From assembly GCA_965221705.1 (NCBI GenBank), contig OZ244908.1, positions 1,011,564-1,075,563 of the forward strand: a stretch of DNA of 64,000 bases, in the 5' to 3' direction. Each line of letters opens with the position of its first letter. Positions within the stretch are counted from its first letter, which is position 1. The DNA comes from Dehalococcoidia bacterium. Its GTDB lineage: Bacteria > Chloroflexota > Dehalococcoidia > Bin125. This document shows, one piece after another, positions 60,899-64,000 of the stretch. The notes beneath the pieces were generated by a model. It was given only the letters and a program-made list of their open reading frames with translations, ran no database searches and was not told where the DNA came from. The position numbers and the translations under genes are program-made.

Positions 60899-62406
60899 CA
60901 GTAGCCCTTGGATCCCTGCGTGGCGCGAGCGCTGCTCGAGCGCTGCTCGGCGAGATCGAGCGCGGTGAACATACCCATCGCCTTGTTGACGGTCTCCTCG
61001 AACTCCGCTGTCGGCTTGGAGTCGAAGACGATGCCGCCGCCGGCCTGGACTGAGGCGACCCCGTCCTGCATCACGATGGTGCGAATCGTGATCGCAGTCT
61101 CCATGCTGCCGCTGAATCCGAAGTAGCCGAGCGCGCCCGCATAGGGTCCGCGTTGATCTTCCTCGAGCTCGGAGATGATCTCCATGGCGCGAATCTTCGG
61201 CGCGCCTGAGACCGTGCCGGCAGGGAAGGTCGCGCGGACGGCGTCGAATGCGGTCGCGCCCTCGGCCAACTCCGCCTCGACGTGCGAGACCAGGTGCATC
61301 ACGTGGCTGTAGCGCTCGACATCGAGCTCCTGGGTGACGCGGACGGTTCCCGGTTTGGCGACGCGGCCGATGTCGTTGCGACCCAAATCGAGCAGCATGA
61401 CGTGTTCGGCGATCTCTTTCTCGTCAGAGCGCAGCTCGGCCTCGAGCTCCTGATCTTCTTCCTCTGTGAGACCTCGACGTCGCGTGCCGGCGATGGGATG
61501 GGTCGAGACTTTACCGTCTTCGACGATGACCAGCAGCTCGGGCGAGGTGCCGACGATCTGATGGTCTTCCATCTCGAGGTAGTACGTGTACGGCGACGGA
61601 TTCACGGTGCGCAGCGTGCGATAGACGTTGAACGGATGGACGAACGTCTCGCGGGAGAATCGCTGCGAATAGACGCACTGAATGATGTCCCCGGCGACGA
61701 CCAGGTCGATGATCTGTTTGACATCGGAGAAGTACGCCTCACGCTCCATGTTGGAGCGAATCGAGGTCGAGTGACCAGCGGGCATGGGCGCGTCGGCGGG
61801 CGGGATCGGCGTGTTGGACTGCAATCGGTCGACGATCTCGTCGATACGGAACTCAGCGGCGCGATAGGCGGCGTCCGGGTCGCCGTCGAGGCGCGCGTGC
61901 GTGACGACCTTGATCACGTGCTTGAGGTGGTCGAAGAGCAGCACCGTGTCGACGAACTGAAACAGCGCCTCGGGCAGTCCGTGCGGATCGTGTTCGGCCG
62001 GCTGCACTCGAGGCTCGAAGTGGCGGATCGACTCGTAGCTGAGATAGCCGACTGCGCCGCCGAGGAACGGTGGCAGGTCTGGATTGGGCAACGGATTGAA
62101 GCGCTTGAGTTCCGCTTCGATCTCATCCAGTGGATCGACGTCGCCGCCCGCGGGCGCGCGAAAGACTCGATACGGCTCGGTGCCGATAAACGAGTAGCGG
62201 CTCGGGCGTTCGCCTCCCTCGACCGACTCGAGCAGGAACGAGTAGGCGCCGCGTTTGACCTTGAGGAAGGCCGAAACGGGCGTCTCGAGGTCGGCGAGCA
62301 CCTCTCGATAGACGGTCGCGTAGTTTGCGTTGCCCGACGCCTGGGCGTCAGCGGCGAGCTGCTTGAATGTGTCGAGACTGGGTGTGGTGAGTCCGGGCGA
62401 GGACAT
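60898..62406 (-). CDS. trpE: Anthranilate synthase component I
   Basis: Canonical TrpE sequence (LLESVEGGERPSRYSFIG..., ...GAVGYLSYE..., ...SPELLV..., ...GTLSGAPKIRAMEII...GPYAGALGYF) starting MSSPGLTT. Confidence 0.95.
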   Translation of the reverse strand: MSSPGLTTPSLDTFKQLAADAQASGNANYATVYREVLADLETPVSAFLKVKRGAYSFLLESVEGGERPSRYSFIGTEPYRVFRAPAGGDVDPLDEIEAELKRFNPLPNPDLPPFLGGAVGYLSYESIRHFEPRVQPAEHDPHGLPEALFQFVDTVLLFDHLKHVIKVVTHARLDGDPDAAYRAAEFRIDEIVDRLQSNTPIPPADAPMPAGHSTSIRSNMEREAYFSDVKQIIDLVVAGDIIQCVYSQRFSRETFVHPFNVYRTLRTVNPSPYTYYLEMEDHQIVGTSPELLVIVEDGKVSTHPIAGTRRRGLTEEEDQELEAELRSDEKEIAEHVMLLDLGRNDIGRVAKPGTVRVTQELDVERYSHVMHLVSHVEAELAEGATAFDAVRATFPAGTVSGAPKIRAMEIISELEEDQRGPYAGALGYFGFSGSMETAITIRTIVMQDGVASVQAGGGIVFDSKPTAEFEETVNKAMGMFTALDLAEQRSSSARATQGSKGY

Positions 62407-62427
62407 ATGCGGTCACTCCGGGTGTCA

Positions 62428-62459
62428 GTGTCGATAGCGCGCAGAGACGCTGTCGACAC
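62428..62459 (-). promoter_or_regulatory. Strong near-perfect hairpin (12-bp stem, 8-nt loop) in the trpE 5' leader, about 20 nt upstream of the start codon; possible attenuator or terminator
   Basis: The minus-strand sequence gtgtcgaCagcg-tctctgcg-cgctAtcgacac forms 11 of 12 base pairs. It lies in a 233-nt untranslated leader between gmk and trpE. Confidence 0.3.
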
Positions 62460-62639
62460 TCGGCGAATGGGCTGATGATCAGCCTCGCCAGACCCCTTGG
62501 CCGCCGGAGGTGTGACATTGAGCGGAGGGACGCAGCGGCGCCACGAGTTCAGTGGTTCTGTCTCGCCGGTGAATCGGCATGGTCGACTCCGCGCCTCACC
62601 TTCGTACCGCCAGCTTAGGCTAACTGACCCGTCCAGCGC

Positions 62640-63257
62640 TCAGCAACGTAGCGTAGATGACTGGTTGGCGGTCGACCGGAGTTCGCGTTCCCGTTGAATC
62701 AGCTCGAGCAGCTCGGCGGCGGCATCGTGATGCGCGTCGTCGTCGTTGATGATCACGGCGTCGAACCAGCCGGACTCGGACATCTCGGCGGATGCCGCGG
62801 CGAGGCGGCGGGCGATCTCAACTTCGCTCTCCGCGCCTCGCTCTCGCATGCGTCGTTCGAGCGCGTCTGCGTTGGGCGCCGTGATGAACACGAGCAGCGG
62901 GTCGGCCAGATTCCGCTTCAGCGACCGCGCGCCCTGGACATCGGTGCGCAGGATTACGGTCCGTCCCTGCTCGAGCAGCGCCTCGACAGCGGCTCGAGGC
63001 ACGCCGCTGCGGTGTCCGTAGACCTCGGCGTGTTCGAGGAAGGCGTCGGCGCTGAGCCAGCGATCGAATTCCGCTTCGCTGAGGAAGACGTGATGCACGC
63101 CTGCGATCTCGCCGGAGCGCGGAGCGCGCGTCTTGACGGTTGCGACCTTCGCCAGCGAGGCGTCACTCGCCATGGCTGCTTCGATCACGGTGTCTTTGCC
63201 CGCTCCGGACGGACCGGAGACCACGACCACCAGCGGCGGCGGCTCAGTCGGCGACAT
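62640..63257 (-). CDS. gmk: Guanylate kinase
   Basis: P-loop VVVSGPSGAGKDT and the following GMP-binding region (KTRAPRSGEIAGVHHVF...FLEHAEVYG). Confidence 0.85.
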   Translation of the reverse strand: MSPTEPPPLVVVVSGPSGAGKDTVIEAAMASDASLAKVATVKTRAPRSGEIAGVHHVFLSEAEFDRWLSADAFLEHAEVYGHRSGVPRAAVEALLEQGRTVILRTDVQGARSLKRNLADPLLVFITAPNADALERRMRERGAESEVEIARRLAAASAEMSESGWFDAVIINDDDAHHDAAAELLELIQRERELRSTANQSSTLRC

Positions 63258-64000
63258 GACTGAGCCGTTCGAGGTCGCGCCAGAATGATGGATAGGAGAT
63301 CCTGACCGCCTCGGCGCCGGCGATGGTCGTGGGGCCCGATTCGGGGTCGGAGGCCAGTGCGGAGACCGCCGCGGCCATGGCGAGTCGGTGATCGGCGTGC
63401 GATTCGACAGCCGCGCCGCGCAAGGCGCCGCCCACGATGCGCATGCCGTCGGGCCAGGTTTCGACTTGGACGCCCATTGCGCGCAGCATGGCCGAAGTCG
63501 CCTCGATCCGGTCGGACTCTTTTACGCGCAGCTCGGCGGCGTCGTGGATTTCGGTCACGCCATCGGCCAACGCGGCGGCGACGGCGAGGACGGGCAGCTC
63601 GTCTACAGCGCGAACGACTGTATCGCCGTCGATCTGAGTGCCGCGCAAGTGTGAGCCGCGCACAACCAGGTCGGCGACTGGCTCGCCCGACACGTTGCGC
63701 TCGTTGTGCTGTTCAATACGCGCGCCCATGCCGCGCAGGACGTCGATCACGCCGGTTCGCCGAGGGTTGACGCCAACGTGAGGCAATCGCACCTCCGAGC
63801 CGGGCAGCATCGCCGCCGCGACCATCCAGAACGCCGCTGCGCTGATGTCGCCTGGCACGTTGACATCCAGTGAGCGCAGGGGCGCGCCGGGTCGGATGCG
63901 CAGGGTCAGGCCGTCGACGTCAATGTCAGCGCCCATGGCGATCAGCATGCGTTCGGTGTGATCGCGGGATGGTCCTGGTTCGACGATGCGGCTGGATCCG
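63244..64000 (-). CDS. aroA: 3-phosphoshikimate 1-carboxyvinyltransferase (EPSP synthase), C-terminal part; the gene runs off the window end
   Basis: The C-terminal EPSP synthase sequence (LRVKESDRIEATSAMLRAMGVQVE..., ...DHRLAMAAAV) is recognisable, and the reading frame remains open to the window edge. Confidence 0.85.
   Translation of the reverse strand, partial: GSSRIVEPGPSRDHTERMLIAMGADIDVDGLTLRIRPGAPLRSLDVNVPGDISAAAFWMVAAAMLPGSEVRLPHVGVNPRRTGVIDVLRGMGARIEQHNERNVSGEPVADLVVRGSHLRGTQIDGDTVVRAVDELPVLAVAAALADGVTEIHDAAELRVKESDRIEATSAMLRAMGVQVETWPDGMRIVGGALRGAAVESHADHRLAMAAAVSALASDPESGPTTIAGAEAVRISYPSFWRDLERLSHVAD

Noticed and set aside
62407-62639. Classical trp leader peptide with tandem Trp codons upstream of trpE
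   Set aside because: The only small leader ORF I could find (about 33 codons, minus strand) has a single TGG near its end, and no tandem TGG codons occur in any frame. Ribosome-stalling attenuation is therefore not supported. The hairpin is reported separately as a possible regulatory element.

Overview
This is a high-GC (roughly two-thirds G+C by eye) bacterial chromosomal window, densely coding and mostly housekeeping. The gene order tlyA–nadK–recN suggests an actinobacterial or Chloroflexi-like lineage.

Supported housekeeping genes, in order:
- recN (partial), nadK, tlyA, clpX, clpP, tig
- a peptide ABC importer (DppC-like and DppB-like permeases plus a lipoprotein solute-binding protein, no ATPase genes adjacent)
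- aspS, hemW, a quinone oxidoreductase, selB, secF, secD, yajC, the CCA-adding enzyme, def, purE, leuS, scpA, ribF, tyrS
- priA, a family III CoA-transferase, lysS, greA, an HtrA-like protease, rsmD, coaD
- a long aromatic amino-acid supercluster on the minus strand: aroA (partial)–gmk–trpE–[Nudix-CMD-CMD]–[CMD-CMD]–trpG–trpD–trpC–trpF–trpB–[CPBP]–[CPBP]–trpA–aroH–aroG

The most unusual region is 28.3–38.3 kb. A CYP125-like cytochrome P450 gene and its near-identical-length paralogue are split apart by a low-GC insert carrying a Panacea-domain (DUF4065) antitoxin and a small toxin candidate. A P450-type ferredoxin, a luciferase-like (LLM) oxidoreductase and a metallo-beta-lactamase-fold hydrolase lie alongside. 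A separate AT-richer 3-kb gene encodes a 1002-aa signal-peptide protein with two trypsin-like (S1) repeats, the second lacking its catalytic serine.

A second point of interest is the trp operon itself. Two carboxymuconolactone-decarboxylase-family genes (one fused to a degenerate Nudix domain) and two CPBP intramembrane-protease genes sit inside it, translationally coupled to the trp genes.

I found no rRNA or CRISPR arrays, saw no tRNA-like sequence in the intergenic spacers I examined, and saw no integrase- or transposase-like ORFs. Many long ORFs in the supplied track are antisense shadows typical of high-GC DNA and are listed under noticed_but_rejected.
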